A stretch of DNA of 63,883 bases, the filler included, from Aduncisulcus paluster (taxonomy: Eukaryota): assembly GCA_024181965.1 (NCBI GenBank). It is 11 parts of 11 records of this genome, joined end to end, with 100 filler letters (N's around TTAATTAATTAA, not from the genome) between each part and the next. Parts side by side here need not be neighbours in the genome. Positions count along the whole stretch, not along the records: positions 15,254 to 24,574 come from BQXS01012271.1; positions 24,675 to 49,411 come from BQXS01012272.1; 9 more parts are not named here. The stretch is one strand, 5' to 3'. The notes below the pieces were generated by a model that saw only the letters and a program-made list of their open reading frames with translations, had not been told where the DNA came from and searched no databases. The translations under genes were made by a program, and so were the position numbers. This document shows, piece after piece, positions 24,101 through 37,800 of this stretch. How positions within the stretch are numbered: the first letter of the stretch is position 1; every line of letters begins with the position of its first letter.

Positions 24101-24574
24101 GAAAAGGATGAGGAAAAGGATGAGGAAAAGGATGAGAAAGAAGATGAGAAAGAAGATTTGGAAGAAGAAGTGAAAGAAGTGAAAGAAGAGAAAGAATCAG
24201 AGGAATCGGAGGAATCGGAAGAGAAAGAAAAGGATGATACATGTACAAAAGATCACAAGCAGGATCACAAGCAGAGCATGCAAATCTTGACTTCCTCATC
24301 AACCGTCACTCCTCAGTGTGTCATTGGCTGTGGTGAGTTTTGTGAGACTGTGCTCGTAAATGTTGATGGTGTTGCATTCCCATGTGTTCTGAAGAAGATG
24401 CTCCAAAGTGCAGACCAAACTGTTGTGAAGGCTTGTGAAGCCGAATTCAAGACCCAACTCAAGCTATTTTACAATCCCAAATGTTTCCACCGAATCCCAC
24501 GTCCTCTGTATATTCTTGATCTTCTTGATGATAACTACAAAGGTGTGTATGGGTTCTTGATGGAATTCTGTGTT
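21164..24574 (+). CDS. Five 'PIPRD' repeats, an E/K-rich linker and a C-terminal protein kinase N-lobe (3' truncated)
   Basis: Five tandem ~180-aa repeats, then VIGCGEFCETVLV (Gly loop), CVLKK (VAIK-equivalent Lys), EAEFKTQ (helix C) and GFLMEFC (hinge). Confidence 0.85.
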
Positions 24575-24674
24575 NNNNNNNNNNNNNNNNNNNNNNNNNN
24601 NNNNNNNNNNNNNNNNNNTTAATTAATTAANNNNNNNNNNNNNNNNNNNNNNNNNNNNNNNNNNNNNNNNNNNN

Positions 24675-26756
24675 AATAGCATCATGTGAAGCTGCTTTTA
24701 CATCGACAACAACCACATCCACTTCAACCTCTTCCTTGATGGTGGTTTCATCAGCCTTGAGAGTGGCTTCATCAGTGTCGATATGTCTCTCCTTATCACT
24801 GGAAACCTTGGCTTCCTTTGAATCTACTTGAGTAACAGATTGTTGGACATCCTTATGCTCAGGTTTAACCTCTTTCCCATCCAACATACGTTGTTCTCTC
24901 CTCGCTTTCTCTTTTTCCTCATATTCTTTGTCCATTCTCTCCCTCTCAAGCGTATCTGGGAGTTTCCAATCCTTTCTCACGACGGGAATAAGGTCAGCCT
25001 TATGTTTCTTCTCTTCAAGCTCTTTCTGTCGCTTGGCATCTCTCTCCTCTTGCTTCTTCTTCTCCTCTTGCTCTCTTCGTTTCTGCTGATCAGCACCATA
25101 GATAGAAATATTAGATCGTTTGCGAAGATTATTAAGATATTTCTGCGTGAGCTCATCACGTTCCCGTTGGAAGCTGAGGATTTCTTTCCTCCATTCGATC
25201 CCATCAGAGTCCTGATCTTGACGACCAGGCTGTTCATATGATGATTTCTTCCCTCCAAGGCCTCGTCTGCCCCCATCAGCTCTGCCTTTCTTCCCAGCCT
25301 TTGAAGGGGGATGTATTGGACGCCCTGCACTCAGTCGCTTGTATATATTGGCCATGGAAGTTGGAGCCTTTGCGGATGAGGGTGGATACATTCTTTCCTT
25401 GGGTTTTGAAGGAGGTTGTCCCATCTTCAGTCTATTCATTTCTCTTTGTCTTTCAATGGCCTGGTTCTGTTCCCTTGCTTGCTGAAGCATGCTATAGGCA
25501 ACACGATGTCTGGCTTTCTCTTCTTGCTCGTATTCCATCTTCTTTGCATGTAACTGTTGACGCAACATATCAAATCGATTGTATCCACCACTGATATCCC
25601 TCATCTTACTCATAGGATGCTCTTTCTTAGCATTCATAACAGATACACCGTGCATACGGAGCTCAGAGGCACCACGAGGGAGGCGACCACCAATAACACC
25701 TCCCCCAGCATCAGCACCAGTCTCTTGTTCGCTTGGACGACTGTATGCACTAGCTGGACGAGGTGGGGGCTGTGATGGTACAGGTTGGTGAGGCCTGTAT
25801 GCAGATACTGGACGGGGATGATTAGGATGGGAGTCCAAGGGCGGGAGAGATATATGTTCTTTCTGGGCATCAAGATGTTGCTTTAATTCAAGCTGTTTAC
25901 GAGCTATCTTTTCACGTTGGATACGTTCACGCTCCTTACGTTTTTCATCAATTCGGTGGAAATAATTCTCGGCAATTCCTTTAATAACAGGGGTTCTGAG
26001 AAGTTCTTTTGCATCTGGACGCGATGTTGCCTTCTGAGAAAGCATTTTACGAACTAATAATTGGACATCTCGTTTATAATGATGCGGAATAGGTGGATAC
26101 CGACCTTTGAAAATCTTAACAATCAGAGCATTCATAGAAACGGCAGAAAAAGCATGAGATAATGTAGTAAGTTCATATAAAACACATCCAAGTGCCCAAA
26201 TATCTGATTTAAAACTATATGGTTCATGTTTCAGTAGCTCCGGAGACATATACAAAGGAGTTCCAATATACGTCTTTGCCATTGATTCTCGTTCAGTTAA
26301 TTGTCTTGCTATTCCCAAATCACCAAGAACACAGACACCACCAGCTGTGAGGAAGATATTTTGGGTCTTAATATCTCTATGAAGTATATTACGGGAATGA
26401 ATGTAATCAAGAGCGATGCAAATCTGGGTAAACCATTCTAAAATTTGAGCTTCTGCTAATGGTTTCCCTCTACGTGCTTTTAATCGATTGTGGAGATCTC
26501 CACCTTCACAATATGTCATTACAATGCATAAATTATTGTTTTGAACAAAAAATTCTTTTCCAGAGACAATGAATGGACATCTAAGCTCTGTTAAAAGTTT
26601 AGCTTCCCTTAAAGCCGCCTCTTTTTCTTTCTTGGGAACTTTTGAAATGTTGATACGCTTCAATACGTATTGATTCTGAGTTGCTTTCTCCAAAACAAGA
26701 AAACAAGAACCATAGGAACCTTCTCCTATCTTTCTTATTAACTTGTATTTGTCCAT
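24675..26756 (-). CDS. NIMA-related kinase (NEK1/NEK4-like) with a coiled-coil C-terminus, 3' truncated
   Basis: MDKYKLIRKIGEGSYG, YVLKRI, HRDIKTQNIFL, GDLGIAR, IGTPLYMSPE and KSDIWALGC. Confidence 0.95.
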
Positions 26757-26870
26757 TTTGGTGTTTGCAAAAAAAACAAAAAAATGATGCTTTCGGATTG
26801 GATTATACAATAAATGGAGTGTAAAAATAAAAATAAAATATCATTTTGCGATAAAATAATTCTATTGTAT

Positions 26871-27776
26871 TTATTTGTCAATTGCCTTAAGCTCTTGAAT
26901 CCTGTTCTGCAACTCCTTCCTTGTCTGGTGAACTGCTGTCAATTCTTTAGCCATTTTAATATGGTGCTGTAAGATATCTTTAAGTGAAGATTGCAGAGAT
27001 GCCAATTGTTTCTCAAGATCAGCACTCTTTTTGGCGATCTTTTCTTCCTCTGCACGCTTGGCCAGGAGTTTTTCCGAAAGCTTTTTAAAATCAGTCATTT
27101 TCTGTTCAACACGTGTCTTTAAAGTTTCGCATTCAGCTCCAACAGTCTTTTCTTTCTCTTTTAGCTGGTACAAATTATCACTTTCAGAAGCAATTTCTTG
27201 ACGAATCGGAGCCAGACCTTCTTCAGCTTTTTCAATGACAGATGCCATAGAAGCACATTTTTCTTTTATAATTGCAAGGGTTTTCTCAGCAGTAGCATGC
27301 TGATTTGTAATGATTTCTGCCTTTTCTAATTTTCCAGATATCTCAGCAATTCTTGTAGCACTTTCTTGTTTAATATCATGGATAGATGAGTGATGACTAT
27401 CTAAAAATGCTTGTAATTCAGCATATTTTGAATCCATTTCGATTTGATGCTTCCTCCTCTCTTCCTCAGCAAGTCTTAACTCTTTTTCAAGATTAGTGAC
27501 GACAACTTGTTCATCTCTCAATCTTTTGGTTATTTTACCAGTTTCTTGAGCAATAGAACCCATTTCATCCCTTGAAGCAACACCAAGCTTTTTCATACCA
27601 TCAATTTGATGGAGAATAGAAGTTTTAAGAGCTTCCACCTCATCAATATTTTTTTGCTTCTCTTTTAATATACTTTTTTTGCGTGAAATACTCTTTTTTA
27701 AAGCATTTTTTTGACGGGTATATTCTTTCTTTCGATTCTGCTCTCTTTCAAGGGGGGGTGCCTTTTTCTTTGCCAT
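26871..27776 (-). CDS. Coiled-coil protein (301 aa)
   Basis: Complete ATG-to-TAA ORF with continuous K/E/L heptad character. Confidence 0.75.
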   Translation of the reverse strand: MAKKKAPPLEREQNRKKEYTRQKNALKKSISRKKSILKEKQKNIDEVEALKTSILHQIDGMKKLGVASRDEMGSIAQETGKITKRLRDEQVVVTNLEKELRLAEEERRKHQIEMDSKYAELQAFLDSHHSSIHDIKQESATRIAEISGKLEKAEIITNQHATAEKTLAIIKEKCASMASVIEKAEEGLAPIRQEIASESDNLYQLKEKEKTVGAECETLKTRVEQKMTDFKKLSEKLLAKRAEEEKIAKKSADLEKQLASLQSSLKDILQHHIKMAKELTAVHQTRKELQNRIQELKAIDK

Positions 27777-28087
27777 TTTGATTATTAATTATGCTGAAAA
27801 TAAAAATGCAATTCAATAATAAAGAAAAATATTGTTTTGTTGCACACAAATAATGAACAGAGGAAAAAGTAAGCAAAATGAATTATATAGCAGAAAATCA
27901 GATGAAATATTAAAATTACTATCTTAGAAACATTCAAATATCTATTTAATGTTCGAGTTGATTCATCAGATTGGGATTTACGAATCAAAAAGATCAATCA
28001 CACCATTTTGGCCGACTCACAGCATTAGTTATTCTTCAATTACTTAAAATTTATTATTTACTTATATATATGATAGAATAATTTATT

Positions 28088-28781
28088 ATGACAATTGTTA
28101 GACTCCCCGATGAGATCGTACATAAAATTGCTGCTGGTGAAGTTGTTGTTCGTCCTGCAAATGTTGTTAAAGAGTTAATTGAAAATTCAATTGACGCAGG
28201 TGCCAAAAACATTTCGATAATTGTTGAAGATGGTGGCTTTTCCTCCATTGTGGTAACTGATGATGGATGTGGCATTTCAAAGAGTGATTTTCCAAAAGTC
28301 TGCGAACGTTTCGCTACGTCAAAAATTAAAGCAGTCTCAGACCTTGACAGTATTGAAACCTTTGGTTTTCGTGGAGAAGCTCTTGCCTCCATGAGTTATG
28401 TCTCCAGAGTTGAGGTATTATCAAAAATAGAGAGCTGTGAACACGCATATAAAGCAAAATATAAGAATGGCGCTCTCTCATCCCCAATACAACCCTGTGG
28501 TGGAAGTCAAGGAACATCCATCACAGTTTCCTCTCTATTCTACAATGCTCCACTGAGAAAAGCAACATTATCAAAGCCTACTTCCGAGTTTCGTCGTATA
28601 TCAACGATTATATCGGCATATTCAATTGAATATTCGGATGTTTCATTCCGTCTATCCAAATCAGCCTATTCTGTGTCGATGAGTGCTACATCCTCCTCAA
28701 AAGAGGAAAGAATAGCCTCTCTATATGGAAGCTACCACTCTAAACACACCCATTCATTCTCCATATCTGTTCCAACTCATC

Positions 28782-28812
<31 letters not shown>

Positions 28813-30763
28813 CTCTTCAATGATATCTATCTCAGGGATTATATCTCTTCCACCCTCTCTTTCAAAGAGCACATCGATTATATTTGTGAATGGGAGGTTG
28901 GTTAAGTTTGATTCCCTTCACCGTTCAATCGTTGGCGTCGTCTCCACTGTGACTCAGACCAAACATGGTTTCTTCATATACATCTCTCTCCACCTCCCTG
29001 CAGGTACAGTGGATGTCAATGTACATCCAACGAAGAAAGATGTGTTCATTCAGTGTGAAGGGGATGTATTAGAGTCTGTTTCTGATGAACTTAGTAAGCT
29101 TCTCCATGGAATATCCATGATATCTTCCTCCTCTTCCTCTTCCTCTTCCTCTGAAGATATCAATGGAATGGAAATGATATCGAATACTCTGCTTATCGAT
29201 GACTCTGGGTCTGTTACAGTGTCTGGCATCGACATTATGAAGGAAGATGAGCAAGAGAGAGCATTGGAGAAGCATAGTCAAGTGATAGGAAAGAGAAGAA
29301 CAATGAGAGATCGCACAGACATGTCAGAAATGAGATTGGAAGCATTCTTCGACACCACATCAGCCTCTTCTCAACCACAAGGAAAGCTATCTGATCATTC
29401 AATACACACAAAGAAAGATCCTGAAACAATGATGTCAGGTAATGTTTCCTCTCACACAATTCAAGGATCTTTAGTGGATGCAAACGATCGTTCATATCCA
29501 CACACTTCTTCTGTGATTCCCTCTGGACCTCCACAGACCGACGCAGAGCGAGAAGGTTCTCCTCCTCCCTCGTTTGCTGCTGTTCTTCCCACCTCTTCTG
29601 TCCCACCTCTCACTCTCTGCTTTGGAGGTCTTGATATTCCCATTGCTATATGTGTTCGTGAAGGTCGCAAAGAAAGACTTTCTTCCTCTTCCTCTTCCTC
29701 TTCCTCTTCTTCCTCTTCATCTGCAGTAACCCATGGATTATATCTTAATCAAATGAATCCTCTTGCTTATACGATTTCAACATACCTTGGCCAAATGTAT
29801 GGTATACTCTCTGTTCCCAAAGATCATCAGTCACGACTTACCATTGAAGAAGAGGATAAGTCAATCTCTCATGTATCATCCAAGACAACCACATTGATGC
29901 ATGCTCTGTTCCCCTGTGGACCATTATGTCGAGGTATTCACTTATTCCAGCATTCCACCATGCTCATGTCGGTTGCAGTCAAAGGATGGAGCATTGAGTG
30001 TGTTGCAGAGGCATGGAGAAGGATTTTATGTGTCCAGGGATGGGAAGAAGGATTGGGGAGATTAACTCTCAGAAGATTTGATCAAAAAGAGAAAGGAAAA
30101 GAAGGAGAAAAACAATTGAAAGGATCTCAGAAAGCTCATTCAGATAATTCAGATATGGATGATAGTGTGATCTCATTCCCTATTTGGTTGAGTGAATATC
30201 TTACAAATGAAGCCATTAAATCCATATTATCATGGTCTGAAGAACTTAAATTACTTGGAATTGGGATAGAAACAAAAGAAAAGGAAAGGAAACGATATGA
30301 CGAATTTCTTAGTGATAAACAAGACAAAGATACTTCAATAACTTATTCCTCAAACATTTTATCCTCTGTTTGCTTATCATATATTCCTTTACCACTCGGA
30401 CCAAGATGGACTCCTCTGCAATGTGCTCTGTGTCTATATGACGATGAAAACAGGGCTAAAGAGGAGTTTTTACAGGTATGCTGCGAGTGTCTGTCAAGAG
30501 CTTGTTCGTCAATCCCGCGTGTGCCTTCTGTCCTCAAAAATCATAGTTGGGCTAATCTATTTATAGATATTCTTGCTGATATCTATTCTCTCCCAAAGGC
30601 CCACGTTGGAGTCGATTGTAGTACGGTGGAAAAGGATCTAATACATAATTTCCTTGTATATGCCGCTAGAAAAATGAAATTCACTCGCAGAATCGTGTCA
30701 GATGGGGAGATTACTGTCTTGACAACTCTTAAACAACTTTATAAGGCCTTTGGAAGGATATGA
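28088..30763 (+). CDS. MLH1: DNA mismatch repair protein MLH1 (MutL homolog)
   Basis: KIAAGEVV.RPANVVKELIENSIDAG, DDGCGI, ERFATSK, the GFRGEAL signature, FVNGRLV, VDVNVHPTK, RDRTD and C-terminal LYKAFGRI. Confidence 0.95.
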
Positions 30764-30795
30764 TGGCAATGATATGTGATCAATACATTATTGAC

Positions 30796-30841
30796 GTACA
30801 GTATACTGTACTGTACTATACTGTACTATACTGTACTATAG
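30796..30841. repeat. Short (TACTG/TACTA)n microsatellite starting with the palindrome GTACAGTATACTGTAC
   Basis: Seen directly just 3' of the MLH1 stop; repeated in the assembly duplicate near 31203. Confidence 0.8.
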
Positions 30842-31822
30842 AAATTAAGCATGAAAATCAAAATATCGAACTTTTTTTTTGAATGCCAAATACAGCTTCA
30901 GTTCCACCAAATCTTGAGGAATAAATAACGGTAGATTCGATAATAGGCCAATTTAAAATTGAATAATAATAAATAAACTGTATTGAAATATGAGATAAGG
31001 AAATAATGTCTGACATTAAATGTCATCTCTGAAAGTCTTCATATAATAGAATAAAAGTAATGAAAATAAAGAATAAATCGCATTTTGAATTTCATTTTTC
31101 ATTATTTCTCGTCAATCCAGTNNNNNNNNNNNNNNNNNNNNAACTTTATAAGGCCTTTGGAAGGATATGATGGCAATGATATGTGATCAATACATTATTG
31201 ACGTACAGTATACTGTACTGTACTATACTGTACTATACTGTACTATAGAAATTAAGCATGAAAATCAAAATATCGAACTTTTTTTTTGAATGCAAAATAC
31301 AGCTTCAGTTCCACCAAATCTTGAGGAATAAATAACGGTAGATTCGATAATAGGCCAATTTAAAATTGAATAATAATAAATAAACTGTATTGAAATATGA
31401 GATAAGGAAATAATGTCTGACATTAAATGTCATCTCTGAAAGTCTTCATATAATAGAAGAAAAGTAATGAAAATAAAGAATAAATCGCATTTTGAATTTC
31501 ATTTTTCATTATTTCTCGTCAATCCAGTTCTATTATATCCAATTCTAATTTTAGAATAGAGTGCCAGCAAGAAATTTTTGATTTTCCCTTTGCAAACAAT
31601 ATTCATTGTATGTTTAACTTTTCCACATACGCTTATTGTTCAAGGTCCAAATCAGATCACCTCAGAATTCCTGACTTCTATCGAATTGGAATTGTAATTT
31701 TTATCGCTCTGATTATGCTGATTTGTGCCATCTTTTATTCATTTTTCAACTTATACTTATCTGTACCACTTTTATCTTTTCTTGATTCTAGTATTTTGTC
31801 TTGTTTTTAAGTTTCAACTTCC

Positions 31823-34800
31823 ATGGAAATCATTAAACCCAATTTAGTTTGTGAAGGACGGAATTGTATACCAATTTCTCAATCTGCTACCAATATTAAA
31901 AGACCGAACTTTCCAACTTGTAAAGCAATCAATACAACCAAGAAAAAGGGCGAGGAAGAGTACGATCAAAGTTCTAAAGTACAACTGATGATGAAAGGAG
32001 AGGCTGAGCTTTCAGGAAAGGTTACCCATATCTCCCTTACATTTTTATCATCTCCAATGAAAGGTGCTTATATCTACCTTGATAAAAACTATTCTCCTCC
32101 ATCTCATCTTGTTTTCACCTTTACATCTTCAAAAGGTGAGAAATTATCCAAAAAATACGAGTTTCCTGAGTTTAAACTTTGTAATTGGTATTTTCTTCCC
32201 ATTGATCTCCCTGATGTTGTTCTATGTGAGATTACAGGGAAAGGAAGGGAAGAAGAGTGTTTTGAGTTTATTTCACTTGTATTCTTTCGAGAAGAAACTC
32301 TCGAGGAAACTAGAGACCGTCAAGCTAAAGAGAAACCGTTATTTGTGCGAAAGTTGTTAAAGGAGGATGGAGAAGCAACTCCAATTCCCCAAGATGAAGT
32401 ATGTTACAAGAAAGTTAAATTTGAATATTTTATGATATTATTATGTTTTTTATGAGATGTATTTTTGGCATTTGGCCGTTTTTCGATTCTGTTTGTATAA
32501 TTTTTTTTTTTTATAGATTAAACTCACCGACCCAATATTGATCCATATTGGCGATATGGATTGTTGCCCAATTCCCCGAGATAGCTCCAATATTAAGATG
32601 CCTCATTACATTACAGCAAAAAATGAAACCAGGGAAGAAAGTGATGAAGAGTTTTATCAAACTTCTAATGCACAAGCAATGATGAACGAAGGGAATCATC
32701 ATGGAGATTTTACTGATATCTCCTTTACTTTCCTTGAGAGCACTCCCATTAAAGGTGCTTATATTTGTATCGAAACAAAATGGCCAGATTATCCATATGC
32801 TTCTTTCCTCACCTTCTCATTCACTTCTTCAAAAGGGGAGAGGAAGTTCAAATCGTATAAATTTCCTAAATTAAAAATATCTAGTTGGTTCTTTCTCCCC
32901 ATAGATCTCTCTGATGTTGTGGGGTGTAGGATTACCGGGAAAGGAAGAGGTGGAGAGAATCCTGATAATCTTTTTACAATTGCCACCCTCGTTTGTTTTC
33001 AAGAAGAAACTCAGGATGAAATCAGAATTCGCGAAGCCAAAGATGCTGATCGAAAGAAATTCTGGTCTGAAGCTGCTGTAAAGAAGGCGGAGTTTATTCA
33101 ACAAGGAGATGATGATTTTGTTCTTATTCCATATGATCATCGAGCCATAGTGAAACCTTCATTTGGGTCGATTCAAGGAAAAAATGATTCAGTGTGCAAG
33201 GAATCTAGGGATTATGATCAGAGTTCAACTGCTCAGGAAGTATTCCGAGGAAAAAGAAGTCTTTTCCATGGGTTATCTATATCACATCTTTCCATACCTT
33301 TTGCCTCACCTAGCCCTGTGGTAGGTGTCTTTATATGCGTGCCGGAGAGTTGGTTTATGAGTTCACCGTCTCTTCTCTTCTCTTTCACTGATTCTGATGG
33401 AAATGACACATATATGAAGTATGAATTCACAGAACCAAAAGATGAACATAAATACGAATGGTTTTTCCTTCCTGTCGATTTGGATAATGTTGCGTCATGT
33501 GAAATTGAAGGAAAAGGAACGTGGAAGTGGAAGAATAGTCGATGTTTTAATATCAGTTCTTTATTTTTCCTCAAGCATCAGGTTTTATTGGGAAAAATCA
33601 AACCCAAACTCTCTGGTTCTTTTTCTTGCATTCCAATCCCTCGAAAAGAAACTGATGAATATTTTGCTGGAAAAAAACAACAAATATATCTCGAAGAACT
33701 NNNNNNNNNNNNNNNNNNNNAAAGATGAACATAAATACGAATGGTTTTTCCTTCCTGTCGATTTGGATAATGTTGCGTCATGTGAAATTGAAGGAAAAGG
33801 AACGTGGAAGTGGAAGAATAGTCGATGTTTTAATATCAGTTCTTTATTTTTCCTCAAGCATCAGGTTTTATTGGGAAAAATCAAACCCAAACTCTCTGGT
33901 TCTTTTTCTTGCATTCCAATCCCTCGAAAAGAAACTGATGAATATTTTGCTGGAAAAAAACAACAAATATATCTCGAAGAACTATGGTTTAAATTCCCAC
34001 CTGTGATAGCAATGCCTGTAACCAAAGAAATTGTGGATTCCCTTGATGATTCATCAATCATAAATCCTTCATTTTCAGATGTTACGTGTAAGAATGATGT
34101 TTGTTGTAAGGAATCTGACTATGATCAGGGTTTGCGAGCACAAAAAATGTTAAAAGGGGAAGGTGATGTTAGTTTATCCCATCTTTCCATCCCTTTCCCA
34201 TCACCTAGTCCAATGAAAGGTGCTTATATCTGTGTGCATAAATTATATAGTTCACCCTTTCTTCTCTTCACTTTCACTGATTGTGATGGCAAGAAGACAT
34301 CCAAGAAGTATGAATTTACATGTCCTAAACATCAGTATGAATGGCAATTCCTTCCTATTGATTTGGATAATATCGTATTGTGTGAGATTGAAGGGAAAGG
34401 AAGGTGGTGTAATAAGAATAGTCGATATTTCTGGATTTTCTCCCTTGCTTTCATTCGTGGTGATGAATCCGCTTTTCCTTTACTTGAACTAGAGTTTGAT
34501 GACCTTATACTCTTGATTGATAACATCAAAACAACATTTTCTCTACCTTCTTTGGTTTCATTATTTAATGAAAATCATACGAAATTGAAAGAAACAATGA
34601 ACTGTATTTTCTCTTTGAAAGATAATCGCCTGTCGCTTGTCTTTGAATGTTTATCCTTATTTACTGATAGATTCATCCAATCGACACAAGAAATCATCAA
34701 GACTATTCCTCTTACTTTGAAGAACGATAAACAAATAGTTGAATTATTTGCGGACGAACAAGATTCTGAGTCCTCGGAACAAGAAATATCTCAACAACCG

Positions 34801-37800
34801 ACCAAAGTTTCTCTTGATAAAGAAAAAAATGAGATTAATTCGTCTTTGCAATATGAAAGACTATTCTCAATTGTTGTTTTGGGTTTTGATCTCATATTTT
34901 CCGATTTACAATCTAGAATATCTCTCATTGCTCAACATTATGCTTTTTTGGAGCGTTTCTTCTCAATTGTTTTTCAATTATCTGAAACAATTGCATCAAG
35001 ATTGCTACATGACTTTATCAAATCAAAATCAAAGATATTTTCCCATGTTATGATACGGGTTTCAAATGCTCCTGAATCTGAACGTGCTCCCCATGTACAA
35101 CATGTTCTTAACCTCCTCAATAATATTTTACCCCAATTTGAAGAGGAGATCAAACAATCTATTTTAAATGAAATTGCAAAACAACCGAGCTGGATCCAAA
35201 ATAAGAGTTTCTTTGATATTAGATTATCCATTTTAAATGTAGTGCTTTTGAAAGATGACAACTCTCCCGATCAAGCTCGTATTAAAGATCTTTGGAAATG
35301 CATACTCGACCAGAATATTAAGAATCTTTTAATCCCCGAATTCACAGAGGATTCGTGTATCGTCATAAACCGTTTAAAGCTCATGATTTCTCTCTGTTCA
35401 GCTGCTCATCATGAGTTGAATATTTTCCTTACAGTTAAAAAACATCTTTTGGATTGGTTTTCATTACTTCAGGGATCTGAATCAATAACATATTGGGCCA
35501 AGCTTATTTCTCTTTTCTCTTCGAATTCTTCCATTGTCGAACGTAATTTCCCCAAAGATCGTTATTCCATGGAAATGTTGTGGTGTATAAATAATGAATA
35601 TATCTCCCTACAAGACTATTGCCAATATGTTGCCGATTGTTTCCCCGAATTAAAGATGTGGACAGACATGATCCTTAAGATTTGGGATAGTTCCTCATTG
35701 GAATCCACATCTAAACTCTTTGATGAATTTCTTGGGAAAATAATCGGTCCACTATCTTGTTTCACTGACGTCTCATCTTTGAAGCAACATGTGAATTGTC
35801 ATCTTTTGATTCTCATTTTCAGGAGTTTTCCTCTGTTCATCGAACATAACTCTCCATCAAATTCTCTGATTGCTCTTGACGAATCTAATCTTCGTAAATT
35901 CCTCAAAATCACCCAATCCGCTCTGATAGAATCGAAGAAAGATGATTCAAAAGTCAGGGAATTATCTCTTCTTAATATCTTAATGAACATTGAAACCAAC
36001 ATTCGAGAATCAAAAAGTTTAGAGGTTGACCTTTTGAATTCTCTTCAAAGATCTATCTTGCCGATCATAAAAGCTCTTTTGAATTCCAAGATACCATTTG
36101 ATTCTCATTATAACCTCTCAACAATCTTAAAGCTAATATCAAATGTGTTCCAAAAGAGTATTGATTCCATAGATCTCTCTCTGGTTAAACTTGTTCTTCA
36201 GGTTCTCCAAGTCCTATTCTCCAAAGATATCAAGCCAAAAGATGGTAAATCTGAAGTTAATACTCTCAGGGACTCCGTTTTATCAACTATCCTACCTTGC
36301 ATCATGCCATGGATGGAGAAGTACCCAGAAGAGCAAATACTTAAACACTGGATTAGTATCTTAAACAAGCTTGCTCTTGATGATGATGATTATAGATTCC
36401 ATAAAGTAAGATCCTCAAAACTGAGAAAATATTTCAAAAAAATTGAAACCTCCCTCAAACAATCAGAATCCAAAATATCTTCAGTTTTAAAGGGACCTAC
36501 ATTACTTGCCTTTACGAATGCCTTAACAAACTATACCTATAATTATCTCGATATGGATATGTACTCTGAAAATAATCCATTATTTCAATCAAATAGTTTT
36601 TACTCGTCTATTTATCCTCAAAATTCTGTCACTTTGATATCTCATTTTATGGATCTTTCGAAGTTTCAGCCCCTTTCCGATTCTTCTGTTGAAGCAATCT
36701 TAAAAAGGTGTAAGATTTTATCTGTAACAAAATCTGATTCATCCAAGAATTCTCTATTAGTTATACTCCTTCCCAATGTGCTTCCTTGGATGGACAAATA
36801 TCCCAATGATAAATTCTTTGGATATTGGATGGATATTTTAATGAATCTTTCCCTTAATAAGTATAATACTATGCCTCATCGAGGCCGTTCCTCAAAACTT
36901 TGGGAATTGTTCCACCCAATATTGTGTATTGTCAAAAACAACTTAGGAAATACTCTCCTAAAGAACGGTGGAAGTTGCTTAGGACTTTTCGCAAACCTCT
37001 GTTGTAATGTTAAACATGCTCGAGACATTCAAGACAACTTAAAAGAACATATTTCTGAATGGTGTTTGGCAATTCAAACCCAGGATAATATTAAAACAGA
37101 GCGTCACTTGCATTGGTTGAATCATATGCTTTCTTCTGCAAGTATGGACCAAACAATACCCTCTGACTTTATTCAATGGTGCTGTCCTTTAAATATTTCT
37201 GGTCTTATTGGCCTGAAAAAATCTATATTAGAGACTACTTCTCCAGATGAACTTTCTAAATTATTCGAAAAATATTTCCCACCAATTTTATGTATTTTTG
37301 AGATCTTTTCACCATTTGCCTCTCTACATCACTATCAAAGTATGTTTACGCATATGTTCGAGTGTTTGTCCCTGTTTTCACGCCATACATCTCCTTCAGG
37401 TGAGGTTATTATACTTCCTAAAGAATCTCTTGAGGATTTAATTCGCTCTTTATCATTCTCAATGAATTATGTTGTCAGTTGTGCTAACAAGATTGAGATT
37501 CACAAGTTAAGGAGCCAACATGACTTTGAAGAGGAAGAAGAAGAGCTTCAAGAAACGTTGATGGAACAAAGTGTTGAGGAGGAGGAGGAAGAAGAAGAAG
37601 AACAATTCTCTCAAATGATAGGAGATGACTTGTGGATAAGTAAGACAAAGGAATCAGAAGAAAAAGAAAAAGAAGAAGAAGAAGAAGAAGAAGAAGAGGG
37701 AGGTGAAGGAGAATCAGAAGAAGAAGAAGAAAAGGAAAAAGAAAAAGAAAAAGAAGAAGAAGAAGAAAAAGATAAAGAAGAAGATCTAATCCAGCAACTG

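Noticed and set aside
24575..24674. Continuity between the repeat-kinase gene and the NEK kinase
   Set aside because: They are on different contigs and opposite strands, separated by a linker. Adjacency across linkers carries no biological meaning.
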